Source: Bacillota bacterium
GTDB taxonomy: Bacteria > Bacillota > Dehalobacteriia > UBA4068
DNA: 35,762 nt
Direction of reading: 5' to 3'
NCBI GenBank assembly: GCA_017531315.1
Contig: JAFXLH010000162.1
Coordinates: forward strand, 1-35,762
A program made the translations under genes and the position numbers. Positions 1 to 9,323 of this stretch are shown here, in pieces. Position 1 is the first letter of the stretch, and every line of letters begins with the position of its first letter. Under the pieces are notes generated by a model. That model worked only from the letters and a program-made list of their open reading frames with translations. It did no database searches and was not told where the DNA came from.

Positions 1-1
1 G

Positions 2-79
2 GGCGACCGTCCCTTCCAGCCTCGCGGCGACCGTCCGCAGGGCGACCGTCCCTTCCAGCCTCGCGGCGACCGTCCGCAG
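2..79 (+). repeat. perfect 39-bp tandem duplication (2 copies) inside the infB N-terminal region, followed by degenerate copies to about position 150
   Basis: Positions 2..40 and 41..79 are identical (ggcgaccgtcccttccagcctcgcggcgaccgtccgcag). Downstream units encode [18 protein letters not shown] and GDRPV. Confidence 0.9.
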
Positions 80-2161
80 GGTGACCGTCCCTATCAGCCT
101 CGTCCCCAGGGCGACAGACCCTATCCGCCCCGTGGTGACCGCCCGGTCTTCGATAAGGACAAAGATGCTGCTCCGCAGCAGCGTCCGCAGGGTAACCGCC
201 CGCCCAAGCGCAGCGGCGATGCTATCCCGCCGCCCATGGTAGCTGCCGAAAAGCCCAGCAACTACCGTCCCGCCACCAAAAAGACCGCCGTCAAAGACCT
301 GGCTGCGGAAAAAGATAATGATATGGATATGCGCAGCAAGAACTTCCGCGGTAAGCCCGGCAAGAAAGATAAGGGCCGCAAGGAAGCCAAAGCTGTTATG
401 CCGCCGGTAGTGGTCAAGAAGATCACCATTGGCGAAAGCGTCATCCTCGGTGATCTGGCCAAAGCCATGGGTAAAACCGCCGGCGAAGTTATCAAGAAGC
501 TCTTCGCTATGGGCATCATGGCCACCATCAACCAGGAGATCGATTCCGATACCGCCATCCTCGTTGCCGATGATTTCGGCATCACCGTAGAAGTACGCGC
601 CGACCGCGCCGCCGAGATCCTCGAAGACGTGGAAGATGAAAGCGGCACCCTCGTGGAACGTCCGCCGGTAGTTACCATCATGGGTCACGTCGACCACGGT
701 AAGACCTCCCTGCTGGACGCCATCCGCCACACCAGCGTCACTTCTACCGAAGCCGGCGGCATCACCCAGCATATCGGTGCTTATCAGGTAGAGATCAACG
801 GCAAGAAGATCACCTTCCTCGATACCCCCGGTCACGAAGCCTTTACCGCCATGCGTGCCCGCGGCGCTCAGATCACCGATATCTGCATCATCGTTGTTGC
901 CGCCGATGACGGCGTTATGCCGCAGACTGTGGAAGCCATCAACCACGCCAAGGCTGCCGGCGTACCGATCATCGTCGCCATCAACAAGATCGACAAACCC
1001 ACCGCCAACCCCGATCACGTCAAGCAGGAACTGAGCAATTACGGTCTCATCTCCGAAGAATGGGGCGGCGAAACCATTATGGTACCCGTTTCCGCCAAGG
1101 CCCGCATGGGCATCGAAAACCTGCTGGAAATGATCCTGCTGGTTGCCGAAGTTGGCGAACTGAAAGCCAACCCCGACCGTGCCGCCCGCGGTACCGTCAT
1201 CGAAGCCCAGCTGGATAAGAACCGCGGCCCCGTTGCCACCCTGCTGGTACAGAAGGGTACGCTCCATGCCGGCGATATGGTACTGGCCGGCGCCGTATTC
1301 GGTAAAGTCCGCGCTATGACGGACGACAAGGGCCGCAAGGTACGCGTGGCTCTGCCTTCCACCCCGGTAGAGATCCTCGGTCTCTCCGAAGTTCCGCCGC
1401 CGGGTGAAATTTTCATCGCCGTAGAGGATGAAAAGGATGCCAAGATGGTAGCCTATAAGCAGCAGCTGAAGCGCCGCGAAGAAGAACTGCGTAAGAGCTC
1501 CCGCGTCAGCCTGGACGATCTGTTCAGCAAGATCGCGGAAGGCGAGATCAAGGATCTCAACCTGGTCGTCAAGGGCGACGTTCAGGGCTCCGTAGAAGCG
1601 CTGAAAGATTCGCTGCTCAAGCTCAGCACCTCGGAAGTCAAGGTCAACGTCATCCACTCCGGCGTCGGCGGCGTATCCGAATCCGACGTCATGCTGGCCA
1701 CCGCTTCCAATGCCATCATCATCGGCTTCAACGTAGTTGCCGCCGCTGCCGCCCGCACCGCTGCGGACAAAGAAAACGTAGATATCCGCCTCTACCGCGT
1801 CATCTACGATACCATCGAAGATGTCAAGAAGGCCATGAGCGGCCTCTTGGCTCCGGAATTCAAGGAAGTCGTTATCGGCCGCGCTCAGGTCCGCCAGGTA
1901 TTCAAAGTACCGAAGGCCGGTATGGTCGCCGGTTCCTATGTTCAGGATGGTAAAGTCTCCCGCGTGGCTCAGGTACGCGTCATCCGCAACGATGTCATCG
2001 TGGCCGAAGATAAGGTCGACTCCCTGCGTCGCTTCAAAGACGACGTCAAAGAAGTCGCCACCGGCTTCGAATGCGGCATCGGTCTGGAAAACTTCAACGA
2101 TATCAAAGAAGGCGATATCTTCGAATTCTTTGTTATGGAAGAGATCAAACGCGAAATTTAA
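2..2161 (+). CDS. infB: translation initiation factor IF-2 (5' end cut by window edge)
   Basis: The frame of track ORF 236..2161 stays open back to position 2 ([13 protein letters not shown] repeats). GTPase motifs [13 protein letters not shown] and NKID are present, followed by the conserved IF-2 C-terminal domains. rbfA follows immediately. Confidence 0.95.
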   Translation, partial: GDRPFQPRGDRPQGDRPFQPRGDRPQGDRPYQPRPQGDRPYPPRGDRPVFDKDKDAAPQQRPQGNRPPKRSGDAIPPPMVAAEKPSNYRPATKKTAVKDLAAEKDNDMDMRSKNFRGKPGKKDKGRKEAKAVMPPVVVKKITIGESVILGDLAKAMGKTAGEVIKKLFAMGIMATINQEIDSDTAILVADDFGITVEVRADRAAEILEDVEDESGTLVERPPVVTIMGHVDHGKTSLLDAIRHTSVTSTEAGGITQHIGAYQVEINGKKITFLDTPGHEAFTAMRARGAQITDICIIVVAADDGVMPQTVEAINHAKAAGVPIIVAINKIDKPTANPDHVKQELSNYGLISEEWGGETIMVPVSAKARMGIENLLEMILLVAEVGELKANPDRAARGTVIEAQLDKNRGPVATLLVQKGTLHAGDMVLAGAVFGKVRAMTDDKGRKVRVALPSTPVEILGLSEVPPPGEIFIAVEDEKDAKMVAYKQQLKRREEELRKSSRVSLDDLFSKIAEGEIKDLNLVVKGDVQGSVEALKDSLLKLSTSEVKVNVIHSGVGGVSESDVMLATASNAIIIGFNVVAAAAARTAADKENVDIRLYRVIYDTIEDVKKAMSGLLAPEFKEVVIGRAQVRQVFKVPKAGMVAGSYVQDGKVSRVAQVRVIRNDVIVAEDKVDSLRRFKDDVKEVATGFECGIGLENFNDIKEGDIFEFFVMEEIKREI

Positions 2162-2199
2162 CCCCGCATTTACCCTCAAGTGTTTTAAGGAGAATCAAT

Positions 2200-2607
2200 A
2201 TGGCCAAACACAGAGCGGAACGCTTTTCCGGCGAATTGCAGCGCGAACTCGGCGCTATCATTTCGCGTGAAGTGAAAGACCCGCGCCTGGAATTTGTATC
2301 TGTTGTTGCCGTGGATGCCGCGCCGGACCTTACTTCGGCGCGCGTCCACCTCAGCGCGCTCAACAATAAGTATTCGGCAGATGAGATCAAGGCCGCGCTG
2401 AACAGCTGTTCCGGCTTTATCCGCCGCGAGCTGGGCAAACGCCTGAAAGCCCGCGTCACTCCGGAGCTGTTCTTCCAGCTGGATGATTCCATCGCCTATG
2501 CCATCGATATGATGCGCCGCATCGACGCTGTCGTAGCCGCAGACGAAACTGCTGCCGCCGGCCGCGCCCCGGAAGAGGAAGGCAAATATATCGATAGCGA
2601 CAACTGA
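2200..2607 (+). CDS. rbfA: ribosome-binding factor A
   Basis: ATG at 2200 with AAGGAG at 2187..2192. The N-terminus MAKHRAERFSGELQRELGAII is typical of RbfA and the gene sits after infB. Track start 2071 lies inside infB and was trimmed. Confidence 0.9.
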   Translation: MAKHRAERFSGELQRELGAIISREVKDPRLEFVSVVAVDAAPDLTSARVHLSALNNKYSADEIKAALNSCSGFIRRELGKRLKARVTPELFFQLDDSIAYAIDMMRRIDAVVAADETAAAGRAPEEEGKYIDSDN

Positions 2608-2616
2608 GGTTTTACT

Positions 2617-3597
2617 ATGAGTTCTTATCGTCAAATTATCGAAATTCTGCAAAAGCAGCAGGATATGCTGGTCGTAGGTCATCTGCGTCCCGATGCCGAC
2701 TGTCTGGGCACCATGCTGGCTCTTTACCACGCCTTTGGCGGTGCGGAAAAGGGCTGGGTGCTGGCCGATAATGACCCGGTACCGGAATATCTCAGCTTCC
2801 TGCCCGGCGTGGATGCTTTCCGCCTGCTGAGCGATGATATGCCCGCCCCGCAGGCCCTGCTGATGGTGGACTGCAGCGAACTTGACCGCTGCGGCTGCAC
2901 CCAGCTGATGGCCGCCTGGAAGGCTGCCGGCGCCGAACCGCAGATCTACTGCATCGACCATCATATCAGCAACCAGTACGAAGGCATCGGCATCGTCGAG
3001 CCCAAGGCCACCGCTACGTCGGAGATCGTAGCCGCGCTGATCGAATATGCCGAGCTGCCCTTCACGGATGATGTGGCTACCTGCCTCTATTCCGGCATGG
3101 CGGCCGATAGCGGCTGCTTCCGCCACAGCAACACCACGCCGCGCACCCTGCGCTTTGTGGCCAAGCTGATCGAAGGCGGGCTGGAGCCCGAGCCGCTCAA
3201 TGCGGATCTGTTCGACCGCCGCTCCTTTGCCAATATGCGTCTGGTCGGAGAGGCCTTCAACAATATGATGGTCTGCGCCGATGGCAAGATCTGCTGCATG
3301 ACTATCAGCGACGATGCCATGGAACGCTTCGGCGCTACCCTGCAGGATTGCGAAAATATCGTCAACTTCACCCTGCAGCTGATCGGCGTCAAGATCGGCA
3401 TGCTGTTTGTGGAATATCAGGGTATGGTCAAGATCAGTATGCGCAGCCGCTTTGGCTGCCGTGTCGATACCATCGCTACCGAACTGGGCGGCGGTGGGCA
3501 CAAGCAGGCTGCGGCCTGCCGTATGCCGGGCACGCTGGATGAGATCATGCCGCTGGCTTTGGCCGCCGCCAAGCGCGAGCTGGCCAAAGATATGTAA
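2617..3597 (+). CDS. nrnA: DHH/DHHA1 family phosphoesterase, NrnA-like oligoribonuclease/pAp phosphatase
   Basis: DHH motif (CIDHHISN) and DHHA1 motif (GGGGHKQAAA) in a 326-aa protein. GAGG lies 7 nt upstream of the ATG. Confidence 0.8.
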   Translation: MSSYRQIIEILQKQQDMLVVGHLRPDADCLGTMLALYHAFGGAEKGWVLADNDPVPEYLSFLPGVDAFRLLSDDMPAPQALLMVDCSELDRCGCTQLMAAWKAAGAEPQIYCIDHHISNQYEGIGIVEPKATATSEIVAALIEYAELPFTDDVATCLYSGMAADSGCFRHSNTTPRTLRFVAKLIEGGLEPEPLNADLFDRRSFANMRLVGEAFNNMMVCADGKICCMTISDDAMERFGATLQDCENIVNFTLQLIGVKIGMLFVEYQGMVKISMRSRFGCRVDTIATELGGGGHKQAAACRMPGTLDEIMPLALAAAKRELAKDM

Positions 3598-3617
3598 TTC
3601 AGACAATTAGGAGTATT

Positions 3618-5462
3618 ATGGACGGATTTGTCAATGTCTACAAAGAAAGAGGCTATTCCTCCCATAACGCCGTAGCCGCCGTAAGGCGGCTTTTGTCGTG
3701 CAAAGCCGGGCATGGCGGCACGCTGGATCCGCTGGCCGAAGGTGTGCTGCCGGTGGGCGTAAACAGCGCCACCCGCCTCTTCGAATATTTTGCCGACTAC
3801 GAGAAACGCTACATCGGCGAAGTGACCTTCGGCACGGAAACCGAAAGCTACGATGCCGGTGGGGAAGTGGTGCGTACCGCCGATGCGTCCTTTGTGACGC
3901 GGGAAATGGTGGAAGCGCTGCTGCCGCAGTTTGTGGGCGATATCATGCAGCGCCCGCCGCTCATCTCCGCCCTGAAGCGCGGCGGCGAACCGCTGTACAA
4001 GCTGGCCCGCCGCGGCGAAGATGTGCCGCTGCCGGAGCCGCGCCCTGTACATATCGAATCGGTGCAGCTGCTCTCCTTTGAGGTAGCAGACGGTGTGCCG
4101 CGCTGCCGCATCGAGGTAGCCTGCGGCGGCGGTACCTATATTCGCTCCATCGCCCACGATCTGGGTCAGCTGCTGGGCTGCGGCGCTTATCTCACCCGCC
4201 TTATCCGCACGCAGGTAGGCCCGTTCCGCATCGAAGACGCACTCACGCCCGACCAGCTGCAGCAGCGGCAGGAGCAGGGCGATAGCAGCTTCCTGCTGCC
4301 GCCCGAGTTTGCGCTGGCCGCCATTCCCGCCCTGCCTGTTCCGGCAGAAGCGCTGCGTAAGGTGCGCCACGGCAACCCCGCCTACATCGAGCAGGGCGCG
4401 GATCACCCGGTCTGCCGCATCACCGATGCCGACGGCCGCCTGCTGGGCATCGGCTCCTGTGCTAAGGATAAGGGTCGCTGGCTGGTCACGATGCGAAAGG
4501 TGCTGGTCGCAGCCGAACCGCAGCTGGGCGAAGGCACGGCGGTAGCCATCGGCAATTTCGACGGCGTGCATGTGGGACATCAGGTGCTGCTGCATCGCCT
4601 TTCTACCTATAAAAATCAGGGGCGCAAGACTATCGCCCTCACCTTTGCGCCGCATCCGCTGCAGCTGCTGCAGGGAGAAGCGCCGCCGATGCTGTGCACC
4701 GATGCGGAAAAAGAGCAGCTGCTGTGCGAAAGCTACCGCGCCGATGAGCTGCTCACGCTGGACTTCACCGAGCAGCTGCGCGACCTGTCGCCGCAGGACT
4801 TTGTGCAGCAGGTGCTGAAAGAGCGCTGCGGTGCGGCGGTAGTGGTGGTCGGCTACGACTTCCGCTTCGGCGCCGGCGGTGCCGGTGATGCGGAGATGCT
4901 GCGCCGTCTGGCGGCAGAGCAGGGGATAGCGGTAGAGGTAGTGCCGGCGGTGAAGCTGGGCGGCCGCCCCGTCTCTTCCACCCGCGTACGCAATCTGCTG
5001 GAGCAGGGCGACGTGGAAGCGGCAGCGGAACTGCTGGGCCGCTGGTACACGCTTTCCGGCGTGGTTTGCCACGGCAATCAGCTGGGCCGCACCCTGGGCT
5101 TCCCAACGGCCAATTTCCAGCCGCAGCAGGGGAGAATGCTGCCGCCGCTGGGCGTCTATGCGGCGAAGGCGGAGCTGGATGGCGTGACCTATGATGCCGT
5201 AGTCAATATCGGCCGCCGTCCCACCGTCACCGATGACCCCACGCTGCTGGTAGAGGCGCATCTGCTGGGCTTTGCCGGCGATGCCTACGGTAAGCCGATC
5301 ACCGTTTTCTTGGGCAAGCGCCTGCGCCGGGAAAAGAAGTTCGCTTCCGCGGCGGAACTGGCAGAGCAGATCACCGCGGATAAGCAGTCTGCCTGCGATT
5401 TCCTTGCCGCAAATAAAGCCGAATTTGGCGAAAATAAACACTTGCCAAATCTGCTTGTATAG
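3618..5462 (+). CDS. truB-ribF: single 614-aa ORF fusing tRNA pseudouridine-55 synthase TruB (aa 1 to about 291) to bifunctional riboflavin kinase/FAD synthetase RibF (aa about 292 to 614)
   Basis: The TruB catalytic motif GHGGTLDP and a PUA-like C-terminus run without a stop into the RibF motifs GNFDGVHVGH and GFPTAN. AGGAG lies upstream of ATG 3618. Confidence 0.85.
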   Translation: MDGFVNVYKERGYSSHNAVAAVRRLLSCKAGHGGTLDPLAEGVLPVGVNSATRLFEYFADYEKRYIGEVTFGTETESYDAGGEVVRTADASFVTREMVEALLPQFVGDIMQRPPLISALKRGGEPLYKLARRGEDVPLPEPRPVHIESVQLLSFEVADGVPRCRIEVACGGGTYIRSIAHDLGQLLGCGAYLTRLIRTQVGPFRIEDALTPDQLQQRQEQGDSSFLLPPEFALAAIPALPVPAEALRKVRHGNPAYIEQGADHPVCRITDADGRLLGIGSCAKDKGRWLVTMRKVLVAAEPQLGEGTAVAIGNFDGVHVGHQVLLHRLSTYKNQGRKTIALTFAPHPLQLLQGEAPPMLCTDAEKEQLLCESYRADELLTLDFTEQLRDLSPQDFVQQVLKERCGAAVVVVGYDFRFGAGGAGDAEMLRRLAAEQGIAVEVVPAVKLGGRPVSSTRVRNLLEQGDVEAAAELLGRWYTLSGVVCHGNQLGRTLGFPTANFQPQQGRMLPPLGVYAAKAELDGVTYDAVVNIGRRPTVTDDPTLLVEAHLLGFAGDAYGKPITVFLGKRLRREKKFASAAELAEQITADKQSACDFLAANKAEFGENKHLPNLLV

Positions 5463-5470
5463 TGTATAAT
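5442..5470 (+). promoter_or_regulatory. sigma-A type promoter for rpsO (TTGCCA-17-TATAAT)
   Basis: TTGCCA at 5442..5447 and TATAAT at 5465..5470 with a 17-nt spacer, leaving a leader of about 85 nt before rpsO. Confidence 0.5.
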
Positions 5471-5563
5471 TACTAAGGTTTTGACCGTTTCCGGGGCAAG
5501 CGACTCTCCAACGCTGCCGCAGATTCTGGTGACCGTAATAATATTTTTAGGAGGATCATCACT

Positions 5564-5830
5564 ATGATGGATACCGCTACCAAACAGCAGATCATTGAAA
5601 AGTATCGCGTACACGAAACCGATACCGGCTCCCCCGAAGTTCAGATCGCCATTCTGACCTACCAGATCGAACATCTGACCGAACACATGAAAGTCCACAA
5701 AAAAGACTTCCATAGCCGTCGCGGCCTGCTGAAGATGGTTGGTCGTCGTCGTGGCCTGCTCAACTACCTGAAGAGCACCGACATCGATCGTTACCGCAAT
5801 ATCCTCGAAGCTCTCGGTCTGCGCAAATAA
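5564..5830 (+). CDS. rpsO: 30S ribosomal protein S15
   Basis: 88-aa protein with the conserved S15 sequence ([12 protein letters not shown]...[14 protein letters not shown]). AGGAGG lies upstream. Confidence 0.96.
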   Translation: MMDTATKQQIIEKYRVHETDTGSPEVQIAILTYQIEHLTEHMKVHKKDFHSRRGLLKMVGRRRGLLNYLKSTDIDRYRNILEALGLRK

Positions 5831-5846
5831 GCATATCGTAAGCCAA

Positions 5847-5878
5847 ATCCCGTACCGCAAGGTACGGGATTTTTTTGT
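5847..5878 (+). terminator. rho-independent terminator of rpsO
   Basis: 10-bp stem atcccgtacc/ggtacgggat with a GCAA tetraloop, followed by TTTTTTT. Confidence 0.85.
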
Positions 5879-5931
5879 GTTTTTGTATCGCTGAATAGTT
5901 CAAAATATTGAAACAATCCGCCTCAATACTG

Positions 5932-5960
5932 TTGACAAATCGGCAGATATTGTATATTAT
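5932..5960 (+). promoter_or_regulatory. sigma-A type promoter of the acyltransferase/ABC operon (TTGACA-17-TATTAT)
   Basis: TTGACA at 5932..5937 and TATTAT at 5955..5960 with a 17-nt spacer. Confidence 0.5.
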
Positions 5961-6036
5961 GAGGTTAGTTCAAAAATTTTAAATAAAAACTTTGAACAAA
6001 TACTGTGCAACGCACAAAAAACCGGAGGAATTGCAG

Positions 6037-7269
6037 ATGGGCAAGACTCCCCGTTACTGCACGCCGCTGATCAATCTCGGCTACAAAGTAGTACGCTGGT
6101 ATTTCGCTTCTTTTGTAAAGCGTAATTACGATTATAAAACTATCGAGACCACTCCTATCTCCGCTATTCAGGGCCCCTGCCTGCTGGTAGCCAATCACAT
6201 CACTTTCCACGATTATCGCTTTGTTATGGGCTCGCTGAAAACGCAGATGTCCTATGTCGCATCGGAAAACCTGATGTGCCGCGGCAATCTCTCCCGCCTG
6301 CTGCGCTTCACCGATCGCATCATCCCCGTCTTCAAGCCAAATATTGCCACCGGCACCACTATGGAGATGGTGCGCCGCCTGCGCAGCGGCCACAGCGTCG
6401 CCATCTGGCCGGAAGGCCGCCTCTGCCCGGACGGCGTTTCCATGCATATGAAAAAGGGCTGCGGCGCGCTGGCTAAACTCGCCAAGTGCAATCTGGTCAC
6501 TTTCCGCATCCGCGGCGCCTTCTTCGTCGATCCCAACTGGTGCAACGACCATAAGCGCAAAGGCCCGGTATCCGGCGAGATCGTCGGCGTCTACACCCCG
6601 GAACAGCTGGCCAAGATGAGCAACGATGAGATCGAAGCCATCATCGCCCGCGACCTCTACGAAGACGCCTACGAGCGCCAGCTGCAGGATATGCACGTCT
6701 ACAAGGGCGACCTGTTGGCCGAAAGCTTGGAAAAATTCTATCACGTCTGCCCCAACTGCAAGGCCTTCAAGAGCATCTACAGCAAGGGCGACGAGTTCTT
6801 CTGCCGCGAGTGCGGTATGCACGGCGCATTTGACCAGTACGGCATGATGAGCGGCGAAAAGCTGCCCTTCACCACGCTGCCGCCGTGGCGACAGATGGAG
6901 CGCAAGGTGCTGATCGATTATATCGAATCCCAGCCCGAAGGCGCGGTGCTCTTTGAAGATGAAGTTATGATGCAGGAGACCTGCCCCGAAGAACGCCGCA
7001 TCAAGGATATCCGCCGCGGCCGCCTCTGGGCAGATAAGAAGGGCATCTACTTTGAAGACGAAGTTGCGGTAGAGTTCGCCAAGCTCACCTGGATGGACTA
7101 CGAATGGCGCGGCCGCGCGCTGCAGATGCTCTACAAGGGCCGCCACCTTCAGTTCAGCTCCGATAATTTCGTCGCGGATCAGTACCTGACGCTGTTCTTC
7201 CATATGCGTCCGGATCTGTTCAATTCTCCCAGGGTCGAAGGTTCGCTGGAACGGCGAACTGAAAAATAA
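6037..7269 (+). CDS. PlsC-superfamily (lysophospholipid/glycerolipid) acyltransferase with a C-terminal zinc ribbon and an unassigned domain
   Basis: HX4D motif (ANHITFHD) and the PEG block (IWPEGRL) are present. CPNC...CREC lies at nt 6748..6813. ATG 6037 has GGAGG at 6024..6028; track start 5992 is a TTG without an SD. Confidence 0.7.
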   Translation: MGKTPRYCTPLINLGYKVVRWYFASFVKRNYDYKTIETTPISAIQGPCLLVANHITFHDYRFVMGSLKTQMSYVASENLMCRGNLSRLLRFTDRIIPVFKPNIATGTTMEMVRRLRSGHSVAIWPEGRLCPDGVSMHMKKGCGALAKLAKCNLVTFRIRGAFFVDPNWCNDHKRKGPVSGEIVGVYTPEQLAKMSNDEIEAIIARDLYEDAYERQLQDMHVYKGDLLAESLEKFYHVCPNCKAFKSIYSKGDEFFCRECGMHGAFDQYGMMSGEKLPFTTLPPWRQMERKVLIDYIESQPEGAVLFEDEVMMQETCPEERRIKDIRRGRLWADKKGIYFEDEVAVEFAKLTWMDYEWRGRALQMLYKGRHLQFSSDNFVADQYLTLFFHMRPDLFNSPRVEGSLERRTEK

Positions 7270-7307
7270 AACACCTTAAGTATATTTACGAAAGGAAGTA
7301 AAGACAC

Positions 7308-8390
7308 ATGAAAAAACTGCTTGTTATGCTGCTTGTCGTAGTACTGGCTTTCGGCCTGGTAGCTTGCGGCGAAAAGGAATCCGAAAACGAAGCCACCTAC
7401 ACCTTGAAAGTCTCCCTGATGGACGGCTCCATGAGCGCCATGCCCGTATGGGTCGGTATCGAAGAAGGCATCTTCGAAAAGCACGGTATTAAACTGGAAC
7501 TTTCCACCTTTACCAACGGTATGGTACAGGTAGAAGCCATCGATACCTATGATGTCGGTATCACCGGTATCGGCGGCATCCTGGCCGGCACCCTGCGTTA
7601 CGGCGGCACCATCATTGACCTGACCTGCTCCGATGAAGGTACCCAGTACATCTACGGTCGTCCCGAAAGCAACGTTGTTGCTTCCGGTAAGGGCCACAAC
7701 ACCCTCAACCCCGAAATCTACGGTTCTGCCGAAGGCTGGAAGGGCGCCGAAGTCCTCTCCGTTAAGGGCAACGTAATGGAATACATGATGCTGAAAGTTC
7801 TCTCCGGCGTTGGCCTTGGTCTGGAAGACGTCAACGTAACCTGGATGGACCAGCCCACCTGCAACACCTCTCTGATCGCCGGCCAGGGTGACTTAGCCAC
7901 CATCAACGGTCCCAGCGCTTACACCCCCGATAAGGAAGACTTCGAAGTAATCGCCACCGCTCAGATGATGAACATCGGTCTGGTTGCTGCTCTTATTTCT
8001 TCCGATGCTACTCTGGCTGACGCTGCCAAGACCGAAGCCATTGCTGCCTTCATGGAAGCTTACTATGAAGCCAAAGCCTGGCTGGGTGAAGAAGCCAACA
8101 ATGCCGCTGCCAAGCAGTACGTAATGGATTGGTATGTTTACAGCGGTTACAGCGCAACTGAAGACGGCGCTGCCAAGCATTTCGATTCCGAAACCTTCTA
8201 CAACGTTGATCAGGCTTACGCTTTGATGCATGATGCCGGTTCCCGCGAAGGCATGAGCATTTTTGAAAGCCAGCACGCCGACATCCTCCAGTTCTTCATT
8301 GATGCCGGTACTTACGATGAAGCTTCCATGGCCGAATTTGAAAAGGGCATTGTAGACACCAGCTTTGTTGATGCTCTGTATGCCAAATAA
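7308..8390 (+). CDS. ABC transporter substrate-binding lipoprotein, NMT1/SsuA/TauA-like (NitT/TauT family)
   Basis: Signal peptide with lipobox LVAC-G, about 340 aa mature periplasmic-binding fold, followed by TauC/SsuC-like permeases. Confidence 0.8.
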   Translation: MKKLLVMLLVVVLAFGLVACGEKESENEATYTLKVSLMDGSMSAMPVWVGIEEGIFEKHGIKLELSTFTNGMVQVEAIDTYDVGITGIGGILAGTLRYGGTIIDLTCSDEGTQYIYGRPESNVVASGKGHNTLNPEIYGSAEGWKGAEVLSVKGNVMEYMMLKVLSGVGLGLEDVNVTWMDQPTCNTSLIAGQGDLATINGPSAYTPDKEDFEVIATAQMMNIGLVAALISSDATLADAAKTEAIAAFMEAYYEAKAWLGEEANNAAAKQYVMDWYVYSGYSATEDGAAKHFDSETFYNVDQAYALMHDAGSREGMSIFESQHADILQFFIDAGTYDEASMAEFEKGIVDTSFVDALYAK

Positions 8391-8407
8391 GTAAAACTTT
8401 ACACTAT

Positions 8408-8438
8408 GCAGCAAGCGGGGCATGTCCCCGCTTGCTGT
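8408..8438 (+). promoter_or_regulatory. intercistronic GC-rich hairpin after the binding-protein gene
   Basis: 12-13 bp stem gcagcaagcgggg/ccccgcttgctg(t) with a 5-nt loop and no adjacent T-run. This is typical of a transcript-stabilising or partial-termination element that raises the binding protein relative to the membrane components. Confidence 0.5.
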
Positions 8439-8477
8439 GTAGAAGCAATATTCTCATTTTAGCTTTAGGAGTAGCCT

Positions 8478-9311
8478 ATGAGTGTTAAACAGCAAGAACT
8501 GGAAAAGAGCTGGCAGCAGTACAAAACGCAGCAGCGCAAAAAGAACCTGTACTATGCCTTTTTGACCGTGCTGAGCGTAGTGGTATTTTTGGCCATTTGG
8601 GAGGCGGTAGTACGCTTCCAGCTGGTCAATGTCCGCCATCTGCCCGCACCTACCGTCATTTTCCAAACTTTCATCGAAAAACTGCATTCCACTGTGCCGG
8701 ACGGCAATACGCTGGGACAAAACGTTATCGCTTCGCTGCAGGTATCGCTGACGGGCTTCTTCTTTGCTGTACTTATTGGTGTGCCGCTGGGCCTGCTGAT
8801 GGGCTGGTTCGAACCTTTCGACAGCTTCGTGCGCCCGTTATTTGAGCTGCTGCGTCCCGTTCCGCCCATCGCCTGGATCCCGGTCGTAGTAGTATTCCTC
8901 GGCATCGGCCTCAAGGCCAAGGCCACGATTATTTTCCTCACCGTATTCGTATCCTGCGTTATCAACTCCTATGCCGGCATCAAGCTGACCAGCCGTACTC
9001 ATATCAACCTGATGAAGACCTTCGGCGCCGGCACCTGGGAAACTTTCTTCAAAGTCGGCGTGCCCTCTGCTATGCCGATGGTATTCACCGGCCTGCGCGT
9101 TTCCATCGGCTCTGCCTGGTCCACGCTGGTCGCTGCCGAAATGCTGGCTGCCAAAGCCGGCCTCGGCTATATGCTGCAGGTAGGCCGCGGCGTGGGCGAT
9201 GCCCGCATCGTGGTACTGGCGATGGTCACCATCGCCGCTTTGGGTGCTACTCTTTCCGCGCTGCTCAATACTCTGGAAGCGCACACCCTCAAATGGAAAG
9301 AAATGCGATAA
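8478..9311 (+). CDS. ABC transporter permease 1 (TauC/SsuC-like)
   Basis: 277-aa multi-span membrane protein carrying the family motif RPVPPIAWIPVVVVFLGIG. Confidence 0.85.
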   Translation: MSVKQQELEKSWQQYKTQQRKKNLYYAFLTVLSVVVFLAIWEAVVRFQLVNVRHLPAPTVIFQTFIEKLHSTVPDGNTLGQNVIASLQVSLTGFFFAVLIGVPLGLLMGWFEPFDSFVRPLFELLRPVPPIAWIPVVVVFLGIGLKAKATIIFLTVFVSCVINSYAGIKLTSRTHINLMKTFGAGTWETFFKVGVPSAMPMVFTGLRVSIGSAWSTLVAAEMLAAKAGLGYMLQVGRGVGDARIVVLAMVTIAALGATLSALLNTLEAHTLKWKEMR

Positions 9312-9323
9312 GGAGGCTGCTTT

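Noticed and set aside
4470-4500. The TruB-RibF junction as a simple annotation or sequencing artefact.
   Set aside because: This is not fully rejected. Within the given sequence both halves are in the same frame with no stop, so no frameshift needs to be invoked. Only a missed stop-creating base call would separate them, and that cannot be judged without reads. It is reported as a finding with this caveat.
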